A stretch of 64,000 bases of DNA from Paracoccaceae bacterium (lineage in GTDB: Bacteria; Pseudomonadota; Alphaproteobacteria; Rhodobacterales; Rhodobacteraceae). The translations under genes and the position numbers were made by a program. The DNA lies in assembly GCA_013373325.1 (NCBI GenBank), contig JABXIA010000057.1, forward strand, positions 5,896 to 69,895, read 5' to 3'. Of the stretch, positions 7,182 through 16,347 are shown in pieces. A model generated the notes under the pieces. It saw only the letters and a list, made by a program, of their open reading frames with translations, did not search any database and was not told where the DNA came from. How positions within the stretch are numbered: position 1 is the first letter of the stretch; each line of letters opens with the position of its first letter.

Positions 7182-9116
7182 TTAGCTGTTTCCCGCCAGT
7201 TCCAGGCTGGCTGAGGCCGCGGCCCCGTCGCGCAGGATGTCGAAGGTTGCGGTCGCGGCGCCCTTGTCCTGCAGGCCCTGCAGGATCTCCGCCAGCGACT
7301 CGGCGCCGGCCAGAGCGGTGCCGGTGGCGGATTCACGCAGCAGCACGTCGCCGGGCTGCAGATCCGCGGATCCCTGGGCAGCCTGCTGGCTGACGGAGGT
7401 GACCCAGGCGCCGTCCTGCATCCGCGCCTCGAACTGCAGGCCGCTGTTCAGGCCGGTCCGGCGCACCACCGGAACCGCCAGCAGCCCCATTTCGAACCGC
7501 TTGCTTTCGGCGTCCTTGTAGCGGACGGAGGCGCGGGTGTAGCCGTCGGGGTCGATCTGCATTGCGGTCAGCAGCTGCGATGCGAAGGGCGAGCCCGCTG
7601 TCAGCGGCTGATTGTTGACGGTCAGGATTTCCACGCCCGGAGCAATCCAGCTGCCGGTCTTGCTGAGGTCAGTGGTGTCGCCGGTGCCGGTGATGGACAC
7701 AACCTGCGCCTTGCGGACGGTCTGTTCTTCATACTCGAAAGGGATCGAGACATCCCACAACGCATAGCTGACCTCATGGCCCGCAAAGGGCGCGGGGGCT
7801 GCCGCCGGTTCCGGCTGCGCAGGCTCGGCAACTGCCGCAGTTTCCTCAGGGACGTCTGCGGGGACCGGCTCTGCCGCCTGCACCGCGGGTTCGGCGGGGG
7901 CTGCAGCTTCTGTTTCTGCCGCAGCTGCGACGCTGACCGCTTCCGCGGCCGCAGCAGGGGCCGGATCCGCGGCAACCGGCGCCGGTTCCGCAATTGCTGC
8001 GGTTTCAACCGCTGCTGCGGGCTGCTCTGCCGCTGCATCCTCCTGGGTGTTGCCATAGTAGACGTAGCCGGCAGCGCCCAGACCGGCCACAACCGCCAGA
8101 ACGGAGACGGCCGGAAGGCGGCTGCGCTTCTTTTCCTCATGGACCGGGGCTGCGGTGCTGTTGGCCGCCTGCGGCGCGGCCGCCGCGGGCTTCTTGCCGT
8201 CCAGCATCGCCAGCCAGTCTTCCGCCGATTGCAGGCGCATGGAGGGCTTGGTGTTCATCGCCTTGTCGATGGCCTCCAGGAAGCCCTCGGCATAGCCGTC
8301 CACGGCACCGGCCAGCGGCTCATAGGGGTCGGGGCGCTGTTCGGCGATGGCGACCAGGCGGGCCTGGCCGTTCACCGGCGCCTCGCCGCGGATCACGTGG
8401 TAGAGGGAGGCCGCCAGCGCATAGAGATCGCTGAAGGGGCCCTGTTCGCTGCCGGCAATGTAGAATTCCTGCGGCGAGTAGCCGTCCTTGACGACCCGCA
8501 GCGCAGAATGCTTGCGGCCGTCCTCGCTGGTGTCTTCGCGGGCAGCGCCGAAATCGATCAGCACCGGCTCGCCCTCTGCGGTGAGCAGGATGTTGTCGGG
8601 GGAAATGTCGCGGTGCAGCAGGTTGGCGTCATGCACATACCCGATGGCGTCCAGCAGCTTGCGGGTCATGCTGGTGATCTGGTCCGGGGTCAGAACGGTG
8701 TTCTGATCCTCCAGGATGTCCTGCAGGTCGCGGCCGTCGACATAGTCGATTGCCATATAAGCCGTGTCGTTGTCCTCGAACACCTGATGCACGCCGACGA
8801 TGTTGGGGTGCTTCAGCTTGGACAGGCTCTGGGCTTCACGGATGAAGTGGCGGATGATCGACTTCAGCTCGCTCTGATGCGCCCGGGACCGGGCACTGAC
8901 CAGCGCGTTGGTCCGGCGGCAGAAAGCATCCGCAAAGCATTCCTTGATCACCACCGTCCGGTCCAGGCTGTCCTTGGCAAGATAGGTGATGCCGAAGCCG
9001 CCGTTGTTCAGAAAGCGCGTGATGGTGTACTGGCCGTGGAGCAGAGTTGTGCCCGGCTGCAGATCATCCTGTTGATCCGCGTCAACTGAAGTCTCAACAA
9101 GCGAATTGAGTGCCAT
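7182..9116 (-). CDS. Hanks-type Ser/Thr protein kinase, single-pass membrane, with extracytoplasmic C-terminal domain
   Basis: Kinase motifs are VVIKE (Lys), HRDISPDNILL, DFGAAR and SPQEF. The TM helix is LPAVSVLAVVAGLGAAGYVYY. An A/P/E-rich linker precedes a roughly 200-aa C-terminal region with two PDZ-reminiscent segments (IAPGVEILTVNNQPL and LQPGDVLLRESATG). Confidence 0.9.
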   Translation of the reverse strand: MALNSLVETSVDADQQDDLQPGTTLLHGQYTITRFLNNGGFGITYLAKDSLDRTVVIKECFADAFCRRTNALVSARSRAHQSELKSIIRHFIREAQSLSKLKHPNIVGVHQVFEDNDTAYMAIDYVDGRDLQDILEDQNTVLTPDQITSMTRKLLDAIGYVHDANLLHRDISPDNILLTAEGEPVLIDFGAAREDTSEDGRKHSALRVVKDGYSPQEFYIAGSEQGPFSDLYALAASLYHVIRGEAPVNGQARLVAIAEQRPDPYEPLAGAVDGYAEGFLEAIDKAMNTKPSMRLQSAEDWLAMLDGKKPAAAAPQAANSTAAPVHEEKKRSRLPAVSVLAVVAGLGAAGYVYYGNTQEDAAAEQPAAAVETAAIAEPAPVAADPAPAAAAEAVSVAAAAETEAAAPAEPAVQAAEPVPADVPEETAAVAEPAQPEPAAAPAPFAGHEVSYALWDVSIPFEYEEQTVRKAQVVSITGTGDTTDLSKTGSWIAPGVEILTVNNQPLTAGSPFASQLLTAMQIDPDGYTRASVRYKDAESKRFEMGLLAVPVVRRTGLNSGLQFEARMQDGAWVTSVSQQAAQGSADLQPGDVLLRESATGTALAGAESLAEILQGLQDKGAATATFDILRDGAAASASLELAGNS

Positions 9117-9731
9117 TTTGTTGCTCCCGTCTCAATGTTGTCTGGCCGCTGCGTCTGCTGCTGCCCGCTTCTTGCGTTAATTCTTTGTTAAGCTGATCTG
9201 TTGAGAAACCGGCAACAATAAGGCGCAAAGAGGGAATATTGGCGGAGTGGGATTTTCCGGGCGTTTCAACCGGGCCGGGAAACTTGAGACTCTCAGAGAG
9301 CGAAGAATTTTTTGCGCGTTTTCTCAATGCCTTACTCAGGAAAGCGGCGGTGGAACCGTGGATTGCCTTTGCTGCGGGATTGAAACGCCATTTCAGCGCG
9401 GCGGGGCTGGACAGCTGCGTTTTTCAGCCGGAATCGGGCTTTACGGCCCCTGGAATCGGCCCGCCAATCTGCAATCCGGCCCGCTTGTGAAGTAAAAAAC
9501 CACGCTTTGGTTAACGCTTTCGCAACAATATGCGGCCGGCAGGCAGGCCGCCGCTGCCGCCAAACCCGGCACAGCGGGAGACCGGCAGGCAAGACAACGC
9601 AGACGGGTGCCGGGGCAAAAGTAACATAAACTCTGTTACACGCACCGATTCGTGCGCAGGAGACGCTCCAGTGTCCTGCATGCCTTGTGTGTCCGCCCGC
9701 CGGATATCAGCGGCCAGGAGCCCAAGGCCCC

Positions 9732-10535
9732 CTATTCATTCATCACCAGCGCCGATTGCTGACCTGTCATCCTGCGGACCTCAGACACCGCCTCGGCAAG
9801 GGCTGGTCCGACCTCGTCAAAGATGCGCTGATCCGGCAGCAGTTTTGAGGTCGAGCTTGCCAGAAACGCCACCGGCTCCCCCAGATCGGACGGGCGGTAT
9901 GGCACCGCGGCGGCGTTGATGGTCTCGGAAAACCGGTTTCCGCCCCGCACCTGAGTGTAGCCGTCAGCCAGGATCTCGTCGTGCGCGGCAAGCCGGATTG
10001 CCGCCAGCTCCGCCAGCAATTCTTCCGGCTCACCGCTTTGGCTCTCAAGGAAGCGGGCAAATTCCGCATCGCTGAGCGCCCCCAGATAGGCCTTGCCGCT
10101 GGAGGACGTATGCAGAGGCATCCGGTAGCCCACGTCCAGCCAGATCGCGGATGAGTTCACCGGCCGCCAGGCCTTGGTCATCAGCATCCGCTGGTCATCC
10201 TTGATGCTGATCGCGGTCAAGGTGCCGGTTGCATCTGCCAGCCGCTGCATAACCGGCGAGGCAATCTCGACAAAGGCAAAGGACGCGGCCGCGATGTTCC
10301 CCAGTGCCAGCGCCGCCGGGCCGAGCCGGTATTTATCGTGCCGCCGCCCATGGGTCAGGTATCCAAGCGCGCACAGGGTAAATGTCAGCCGGGACACTGT
10401 CGGGCGCGGAATGCCGGTGCGCTCCGAGATTTCGAGATTGCCCAGGCCGTCATCCGTCGGGCGGAAGGCCCGCAGGATTGTAAGGCCCCGCGCCAGTGTG
10501 TTTGCAAATCTCTTGTCCGATGAATCGGCTGGCAT
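9732..10535 (-). CDS. IclR-family transcriptional regulator
   Basis: The sequence shows LARGLTILRAF...LEISERTGIPRPTVSRLTFTLCALGYL (wHTH) followed by an IclR-type effector domain. The start was trimmed to the ATG at 10535 (MPADSSDK), because the longer ORF would overlap dctM. Confidence 0.85.
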   Translation of the reverse strand: MPADSSDKRFANTLARGLTILRAFRPTDDGLGNLEISERTGIPRPTVSRLTFTLCALGYLTHGRRHDKYRLGPAALALGNIAAASFAFVEIASPVMQRLADATGTLTAISIKDDQRMLMTKAWRPVNSSAIWLDVGYRMPLHTSSSGKAYLGALSDAEFARFLESQSGEPEELLAELAAIRLAAHDEILADGYTQVRGGNRFSETINAAAVPYRPSDLGEPVAFLASSTSKLLPDQRIFDEVGPALAEAVSEVRRMTGQQSALVMNE

Positions 10536-10602
10536 GGTGTTTCCTGTATCTATGCGGGCGTCTGGCCTGCGCGGGGCATCCGCTGTTCGCGCTGTCCCGA
10601 TA

Positions 10603-11943
10603 CTACTGAACCGCATTTGACAGCACCAGAGAGATCGGCGGGAAAGCCACCAGCAGAAGCAGCACAATCACGTCGATGCTGAGGAACCGCCAGATGCCGG
10701 AAAAGACCATGCCGACAGGCGCGTCTTTTCCGACGACATTGGAAAGGACAAAGACGTTCAGCCCCACAGGCGGCGTTATCAGGCCGATCTCCAGCAGTTT
10801 CACCACAACGACCCCGAACCAGATCAGGTTCAGCCCGTAGGATTCCACCAGCGGCACCACCAGCGGCAGGGTCAGAACCATGATTCCGATCGGATCCAGA
10901 AACATGCCCAGCACCAGATAGACCACGCAGATGGCAAACAGCAGCGTCGCGGTCGAGAATTCAGCCTGTGAAACCCAGTCCACCAGCGCCGGGGCCATGC
11001 CCGTCAAGGCGATGGCCGCAACAAATATCTTGGCCCCCGCGGCAACAAAGAAGATCGCAGCGGTCTGCACGCAGGTTTCCCGGACCGCCAGCCAGATGCC
11101 AGCCAGATCAAGCCGCCGCTGCAAGATGCCGATCAGCACAGTCAGCACAACGCTCACCGCCGCGGCCGCCGTGGCGGTGAAATAGCCGCCGTAAATCCCG
11201 ATCACGATCACCGCAAAGATCACGGCAGCGGGCCATGCTCTTTGGAACGCGGCCAGCTTTTCGGCGAAACTGGCCGCCTCTCCGCGGGCCGGGACCGCCG
11301 CCGGGTCCGCCCTGATCCACATCGCAATGACCAGGACAAAACCCGCCAGCGTCAGCAGTCCCGGCAGAATGCCGGCAATGAACAGCTTGTTCACCGAGGT
11401 CTCGGTGAAGATTGCATAGATGATGAACAGGATGCTCGGGGGGATCAGCGAGCCAAGTGTACCCCCGGCGGCGACGCTGGCGGTTGCCAGCCTTGGGTCA
11501 TAGCCAAGGCGCAGCATTTCCGGGGTGCAGATCTTGCCCATGGTCGACGCGCAGGCCAGGCTGGATCCGGTGATGGCGGAAAACCCGCCGCAGCCCATCA
11601 CGGAGGCCACCGCAATCCCGCCGCGCAGGCGCAGCAGCCAGACCTTGGCGGCGTCATAGACCGCTGTGGTGATCCCGGCGCGGTAGGCAATGTTTCCCAG
11701 CGCGATGAACAGCGGGATCATCGACAGATCGAAGGAGTGCAGCAGATCGAACGAATTATTGAAGACCAGCGACGAGGTCGCCCGGAAGGCCCGTTCCGGC
11801 ATGAAGGTGTCCGTGCGGAATGCAAAGATTGTAAAGGCCGCCAGCGTCGCCACGCCGATCAGGGCAAAGGCAATCGGCACACGAATGGCCAGAAGCACGA
11901 GCATGACGGCAAAGGCCACAAGGCCGATCAGGGCAGGATCCAC
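10603..11943 (-). CDS. dctM: TRAP transporter large permease
   Basis: 446-aa polytopic membrane protein of typical DctM length and sequence character, positioned immediately after dctQ. Confidence 0.9.
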   Translation of the reverse strand: MDPALIGLVAFAVMLVLLAIRVPIAFALIGVATLAAFTIFAFRTDTFMPERAFRATSSLVFNNSFDLLHSFDLSMIPLFIALGNIAYRAGITTAVYDAAKVWLLRLRGGIAVASVMGCGGFSAITGSSLACASTMGKICTPEMLRLGYDPRLATASVAAGGTLGSLIPPSILFIIYAIFTETSVNKLFIAGILPGLLTLAGFVLVIAMWIRADPAAVPARGEAASFAEKLAAFQRAWPAAVIFAVIVIGIYGGYFTATAAAAVSVVLTVLIGILQRRLDLAGIWLAVRETCVQTAAIFFVAAGAKIFVAAIALTGMAPALVDWVSQAEFSTATLLFAICVVYLVLGMFLDPIGIMVLTLPLVVPLVESYGLNLIWFGVVVVKLLEIGLITPPVGLNVFVLSNVVGKDAPVGMVFSGIWRFLSIDVIVLLLLVAFPPISLVLSNAVQ

Positions 11944-11984
11944 GGACAGTCTCCTCGGCAGGTCTATTGAATGTCAGATCGGTG

Positions 11985-12482
11985 TCAGGTCTTGTGCAGC
12001 GCGATCACACCGCCGCGCAGCAAGGTCAGCGCGTCGCCTGCAGCCATCACCGCAAGCCGCAGCCATCCCAGCGCAATCCCGATGGTAAAGGCCAGCCGGC
12101 CCGGCCACTGCGGCAGGTTCAGATCGCCGTAAAACACGCTGCCGGTCTGCCACTGATGCAGGAATTCCCGGCCGCCGGAATAGAGGATCGGCGTCAGCGC
12201 CAAGAGGCCGAACAGGGTGCCGGACACCGTCAGCCAGCCGGTCACGCGCGGCGGCAGAAGATTGGTCAGAAACTCCACCGCAATATGCGCCCGCTGCGCG
12301 GTTGCGGCGGCCAGGGGCATCACAATCGCCAGGACCATCAGCTCGCGCACGATGACAATCGTGTCCGGCACCGAACTGCTGAACAGGTTCAGCGCCACGA
12401 CATCGGCAAAGATCAGCAGCGCCAGCAGAATGATGGCCGCCGCCGATATATCCACAAAAACCCGCTCCAGCCTGTGCAGCAT
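11985..12482 (-). CDS. dctQ: TRAP transporter small permease
   Basis: Roughly 166-aa protein with four TM segments, located between dctP and dctM. The start was trimmed to the ATG at 12482, which follows a GGGAGGA RBS. The longer ORF would overlap the dctP stop. Confidence 0.8.
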   Translation of the reverse strand: MLHRLERVFVDISAAAIILLALLIFADVVALNLFSSSVPDTIVIVRELMVLAIVMPLAAATAQRAHIAVEFLTNLLPPRVTGWLTVSGTLFGLLALTPILYSGGREFLHQWQTGSVFYGDLNLPQWPGRLAFTIGIALGWLRLAVMAAGDALTLLRGGVIALHKT

Positions 12483-12543
12483 CTTGTCCTCCCTTGGATT
12501 TGCCAGGCGGCGCTGCCGCCGCCCGGCCTCTGTTTCGCACAGA

Positions 12544-13614
12544 TCAGTTACTGCGCGTCCAGGGATACCCCTTGGCTTCAAACTCGGCGGTGAATTCAGC
12601 CACCGCCGCGGTATAGGTTGCCATCAGCCGGTCCGCATCCAGACCGACGCTGCGGGCGTTTTCCATCCAGTCCGCAATAAAGGGTTCTGCCGCCGCATTC
12701 AGTGCTGCCTTGTCAGCATCGCTCAGCTCGATGACCTCGATCTTGCGGGTGGTTTCGCCTGCGGTCATCGCCTTCATCGCCTTGCTGTTGGCCCCGGTCA
12801 CGATCTTGGCAAACTGGTCCGCCAGTTCCTCGCCCGCCTGCATCAGCACCTGCTGCTGGCCAGCCTCCAGGCTGTCATAGACCTGCTTGTTCATGAACAT
12901 GCCATAACCGCCGATCTGCCCCCAGTTCAGGACGGTATAGCTGTCGATCACCTCGTCCCATTTCAGGGAGGGCACAATGTAGTCATAGCCCTGGCTGCAA
13001 TCGATCAGCCCGGTGTCCAGCCCCTGATACGCCTCATAGACTGATAGGTTCACACGGGTTGCGCCCATTTCGCCGAACACCTTGCCGTAAACGCCCGCGC
13101 CGCGGACCTTCTTGCCCTTGATGTCCTCAACCGAGCGGATCGGATCTCCGGCGCAGGCGACATTGACGGCCGAGGCCGTGAAGGTGCCGATATAGACCAG
13201 GTTCTGGCTGGCCAGATGCTCGGTGATCTGGGGTTCTGTCCGCATCAGACGGTCGGCTGCCCGCATGGCGACCCAGGCATTCGGCCCGCCGATGGGGAAG
13301 TCCGCCAGCGAATAGGCCGCCATTTCCTTCTGGAAATAGGCTGCAATGATCGAGCCTGCATCCGCCACCCCGTCGCTGATCCCCTGCACCGCAGCGCTTG
13401 CCTTGAACAGCGCGCCGCCCCATTGAACGTCCAGCCGCAGATCGCCGTCCGACAGCTCGCCAATACGGCTGTTGTACCACTTCAGTGCGGCAGGAACCGT
13501 GCCTCTGTCCGGGCCGCTGTGGCCGTAGTAAATCACGGTCTCCGCAGAGACCGCCGTCGCACCAAGGCTGGCCGCAAGGGTCAGCCCTCCCAGAAAATTC
13601 TTGATCATTCCCAT
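12544..13614 (-). CDS. dctP: TRAP transporter solute-binding protein (DctP family)
   Basis: The signal peptide is MGMIKNFLGGLTLAASLGATAVSA, followed by a DctP-like mature protein. The start at 13614 is preceded by GAGGAGGAGA. Confidence 0.85.
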   Translation of the reverse strand: MGMIKNFLGGLTLAASLGATAVSAETVIYYGHSGPDRGTVPAALKWYNSRIGELSDGDLRLDVQWGGALFKASAAVQGISDGVADAGSIIAAYFQKEMAAYSLADFPIGGPNAWVAMRAADRLMRTEPQITEHLASQNLVYIGTFTASAVNVACAGDPIRSVEDIKGKKVRGAGVYGKVFGEMGATRVNLSVYEAYQGLDTGLIDCSQGYDYIVPSLKWDEVIDSYTVLNWGQIGGYGMFMNKQVYDSLEAGQQQVLMQAGEELADQFAKIVTGANSKAMKAMTAGETTRKIEVIELSDADKAALNAAAEPFIADWMENARSVGLDADRLMATYTAAVAEFTAEFEAKGYPWTRSN

Positions 13615-13655
13615 GACTGGTATCTCCTCCTCGAAAGCCATCGCAAGTTTTACTA

Positions 13656-13706
13656 TGTGGAATTTTAAACTTCTGTCTAGAATTTTATTCCACATATTGG
13701 AATTTT
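13656..13706. promoter_or_regulatory. AT-rich operator-like array upstream of dctP: three (G/A)GAATTTT boxes with exact 20-bp spacing plus an 8-bp inverted repeat
   Basis: GGAATTTT is at 13659, AGAATTTT at 13679 and GGAATTTT at 13699. TGTGGAAT (13656-13663) is the inverted repeat of ATTCCACA (13687-13694). The array stands out in high-GC DNA. Confidence 0.4.
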
Positions 13707-13788
13707 GGAACATCTGCCCGCTTGCGGCCCGCAGCCAGCAGGACCGGCGCCGGTGCTTCGCTGCAGGCGGGGCAGCTGGCGCAACAGA

Positions 13789-15309
13789 TCAGACGCCGTC
13801 CGCCAGTTCGCTGGCAAAGGTCTCGATCAGCTTCGCTTTCAGGATCTTGCCGGTCGGCGCGGCAGGCAGCGCGGCGGCCACGATGATGCGTGCCGGCCGC
13901 TTGTAGGGCGCAAGCCGGTCCTGCAGAAAGGCTTTCAGATCCGCCTCATTCACGCTGCTGCCGGTGGCGGCGCTGACAAAGGCCAGAACCTCCTCGTTCC
14001 CTTCGACGGTGCGCCCTACCACGCTGGCCACCACCACCTCCGGATGCTCGGTCAGCGCCGCCTCGATCTCCACCGGATAAACATTGAAGCCGGAGCGGAT
14101 GATCAGTTCCTTGGTGCGCCCGGCAATATGCAGCCGCCCTTCGCCGTCAAAGCGGCCCAGGTCGCCGGTGCGGAACAACCCGTCCTGCGTCAGCGCGGCA
14201 GCTGTTTGCACCGGATCGCGGAAATAGCCCTTCATGATCTGCGGCCCCCCAACAAGGATCTCGCCGATGCCCGCCTCAGGGGTGGCGCCCGGCGCGTCCA
14301 GATCCAGTTCAAGGGTGCAGCCGCCCATCGGTAGACCGACACTGATGTCAGGGTCGCCTAAGGCGTTGCGGGTTGCGCAGACACCCGCAGTGCCCTCAGT
14401 CAGCCCATAGCCGTTTTGCAGCGGCAGGCCATAGAATGCCTCTGCCTCGCGTTTCCAGGCCGGATCCAGGGGGGCACCGCCCGAGGAGACAAACCGAAGC
14501 TTGCCTGCATCATAGCGCGGCTTGCCGTGGGCGCGGGCATAGTTGAACAGATGCGCATGCATCTGCGGCACCGCGGGCAGCAGGGTCACATCCTCCTGCA
14601 ATGCCTGGTACAGACGCTCAGCCGAGAATTGCGCCTCCATCCGCATCGCCGATTGCGCCAGGGTAACGGACAGCATGGTGACCAGCCCGAAAATATGGCT
14701 GAGCGGCAGCGCCAGATAAGTCACATCCGACGTTTGAATGCCCCGCACCTCGGCTGAGGCCGCCGCCCCTGCAAGAAGATTGGCATGGGTCAGCATCGCG
14801 GCCTTGGGGGTGCCGGTTGTGCCCGAGGTATAAAGCAGAAGGGCGGTTTGTTCGCGCCCGTCCTCCGACACCGGTTCCTGCGTGGCGCCTGCGCGCGGCA
14901 TCAGGGCTGCCGCGCCGAAGACGCCCTGCACGTCCCGGGCGCCATAGTGATCCGCATGGGCCCGGGCCGCCGCGGATGCGGCCGCCGTGAACATGACGGC
15001 ACTGGGATCGGAATGGGCAAAGATCCGGTCCAGTTCCGCCGTGGTGAGCCGCGCATTGATGGCAACCGCGGATGCATCCAGCAGGCTTGCGCCATAGAAG
15101 AATGCGATCACCTCGGCGCAGTTTTCAAACACCAGAACCACCCGGTCGCCGGGCCGCACGCCTGCGGCCTTCAACTGCTCCGCCGCGGCGGACGCCGCTT
15201 GGGACATGCCGCTCCAGGTCAGCCGGCGGCCGTCCTGGTCCATCAGCGCCAAAGCATCGGGGCGGGCCCCGGCAGCAGCCTGCAGCAGCCCGTGTACGCG
15301 GTTATGCAT
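13789..15309 (-). CDS. AMP-dependent acyl-CoA synthetase/ligase
   Basis: Motifs LLYTSGTTGTPKAAMLTHANL, GYGLTEGT, FRTGDLG and PTGKILK are present. The start was trimmed to the ATG at 15309, which follows GGAGGAGGAAAGAC. Confidence 0.9.
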   Translation of the reverse strand: MHNRVHGLLQAAAGARPDALALMDQDGRRLTWSGMSQAASAAAEQLKAAGVRPGDRVVLVFENCAEVIAFFYGASLLDASAVAINARLTTAELDRIFAHSDPSAVMFTAAASAAARAHADHYGARDVQGVFGAAALMPRAGATQEPVSEDGREQTALLLYTSGTTGTPKAAMLTHANLLAGAAASAEVRGIQTSDVTYLALPLSHIFGLVTMLSVTLAQSAMRMEAQFSAERLYQALQEDVTLLPAVPQMHAHLFNYARAHGKPRYDAGKLRFVSSGGAPLDPAWKREAEAFYGLPLQNGYGLTEGTAGVCATRNALGDPDISVGLPMGGCTLELDLDAPGATPEAGIGEILVGGPQIMKGYFRDPVQTAAALTQDGLFRTGDLGRFDGEGRLHIAGRTKELIIRSGFNVYPVEIEAALTEHPEVVVASVVGRTVEGNEEVLAFVSAATGSSVNEADLKAFLQDRLAPYKRPARIIVAAALPAAPTGKILKAKLIETFASELADGV

Positions 15310-15332
15310 GTCTTTCCTCCTCCCTTGCAGGG

Positions 15333-16337
15333 TCACGCCGCCAGACCGAGCCGCCCGAATGCCGCCAGCGCCTCAGCCTCAAGCCGGGCGGTGATTTCGG
15401 CAAAGGGCTCCACCTTGTCGACGAACCCCAGCGCGTGGCCCGCCGACAGCAGCCCGCGGGAGACGTCACCAGTGGCATAGGCCTGGCGCCCGATCTTGCC
15501 GGACACATGCTTCAGCAGCTCCTGAATGCCGATCTCCGGATTGTCGCGCTCCAGCCTGGCCACCGTTTCTGTGGTCTGGTTGCGCAGGCTGCGCACGGTG
15601 TTGCGCACCGAGTGCATGGTCAGCTGCGTGTCCAGCTCGCTCGCATTCACCATCGCCTGCTTGTAATCCGGATGCGCGGTCAGCTCGCTGGCAACCAGGA
15701 ACCGGGTGCCTATCACCACGCCCGCCGCGCCCATGACCAGCGCCGCCATGATCTGCTTGCCGTGCCCGATGCCGCCGCCAATGAGCCAGGGGATGGTCAG
15801 CCGGTCCCCGGCCAGGCCTGCGTTGACCATGCTGCCAACCATGTCCATGCCGGGATGGCCGCCGCATTCGGCGCCGACAATCGACACCATATCAACCCCC
15901 ACCTGCTCCGCCTTCACCGCATAGCGCAGGCTGGGCACCTTATGCAGCACGGTGATCCCCGCATCCTTGAGGATCGGCATGAACGCCTCGGGGCTGCGGC
16001 CGGAAGTTTCGGCAAACTGCACGCCCTCCTCCGCGATCAGGCGGAACACCTCTTCGGTTTTCTCGCCCGGCACCAGCTTGGGGATCATCGAGACATTGAC
16101 CCCGAAGGCCTTGCCCTCGCACATCTCGCGGCAGCGGCGGATCTCGGTGCGCAGATCGTCCAATTCGGGAAAACTGGCGGCGGTGATGAACGAGACAATC
16201 CCCGCCCGCGCCGCAGCCGATACATATTCGGCATTGGCCAGCCATTGCAGGCCGCCCGCCACAACCGGCAACCGGGTGCCATAGGTCCGGGTCACGGCTG
16301 TATCAAAAATCGCCGGAAGCGCAGAAGTGTGCATCAT
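15333..16337 (-). CDS. nitronate monooxygenase / FabK-like FMN oxidoreductase
   Basis: The sequence contains PVVAGGLQWLANAEYVSAAARAGIVSFI and GGIGHGKQIMAALVMGAAGVVIGTRFL. The start was trimmed to 16337 (AAGGAG RBS). Confidence 0.85.
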   Translation of the reverse strand: MMHTSALPAIFDTAVTRTYGTRLPVVAGGLQWLANAEYVSAAARAGIVSFITAASFPELDDLRTEIRRCREMCEGKAFGVNVSMIPKLVPGEKTEEVFRLIAEEGVQFAETSGRSPEAFMPILKDAGITVLHKVPSLRYAVKAEQVGVDMVSIVGAECGGHPGMDMVGSMVNAGLAGDRLTIPWLIGGGIGHGKQIMAALVMGAAGVVIGTRFLVASELTAHPDYKQAMVNASELDTQLTMHSVRNTVRSLRNQTTETVARLERDNPEIGIQELLKHVSGKIGRQAYATGDVSRGLLSAGHALGFVDKVEPFAEITARLEAEALAAFGRLGLAA

Positions 16338-16347
16338 GTCGGTCTCC

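Noticed and set aside
2841-9116. Interpreting the STK/PP2C/FHA triad as the PpkA/PppA/Fha1 switch of a type VI secretion system
   Set aside because: No TssA-M, Hcp, VgrG or ClpV genes occur anywhere in the 64 kb. The neighbours are instead LysM-SBP, GTPase and Roadblock-like genes. A T6SS cluster left of the window cannot be excluded.
9212-9530. 9-mer GCAACAATA repeated at 9212 and 9522 in the long non-coding region
   Set aside because: A single 9-bp match within about 600 bp is compatible with chance. No further structure was found around the copies.
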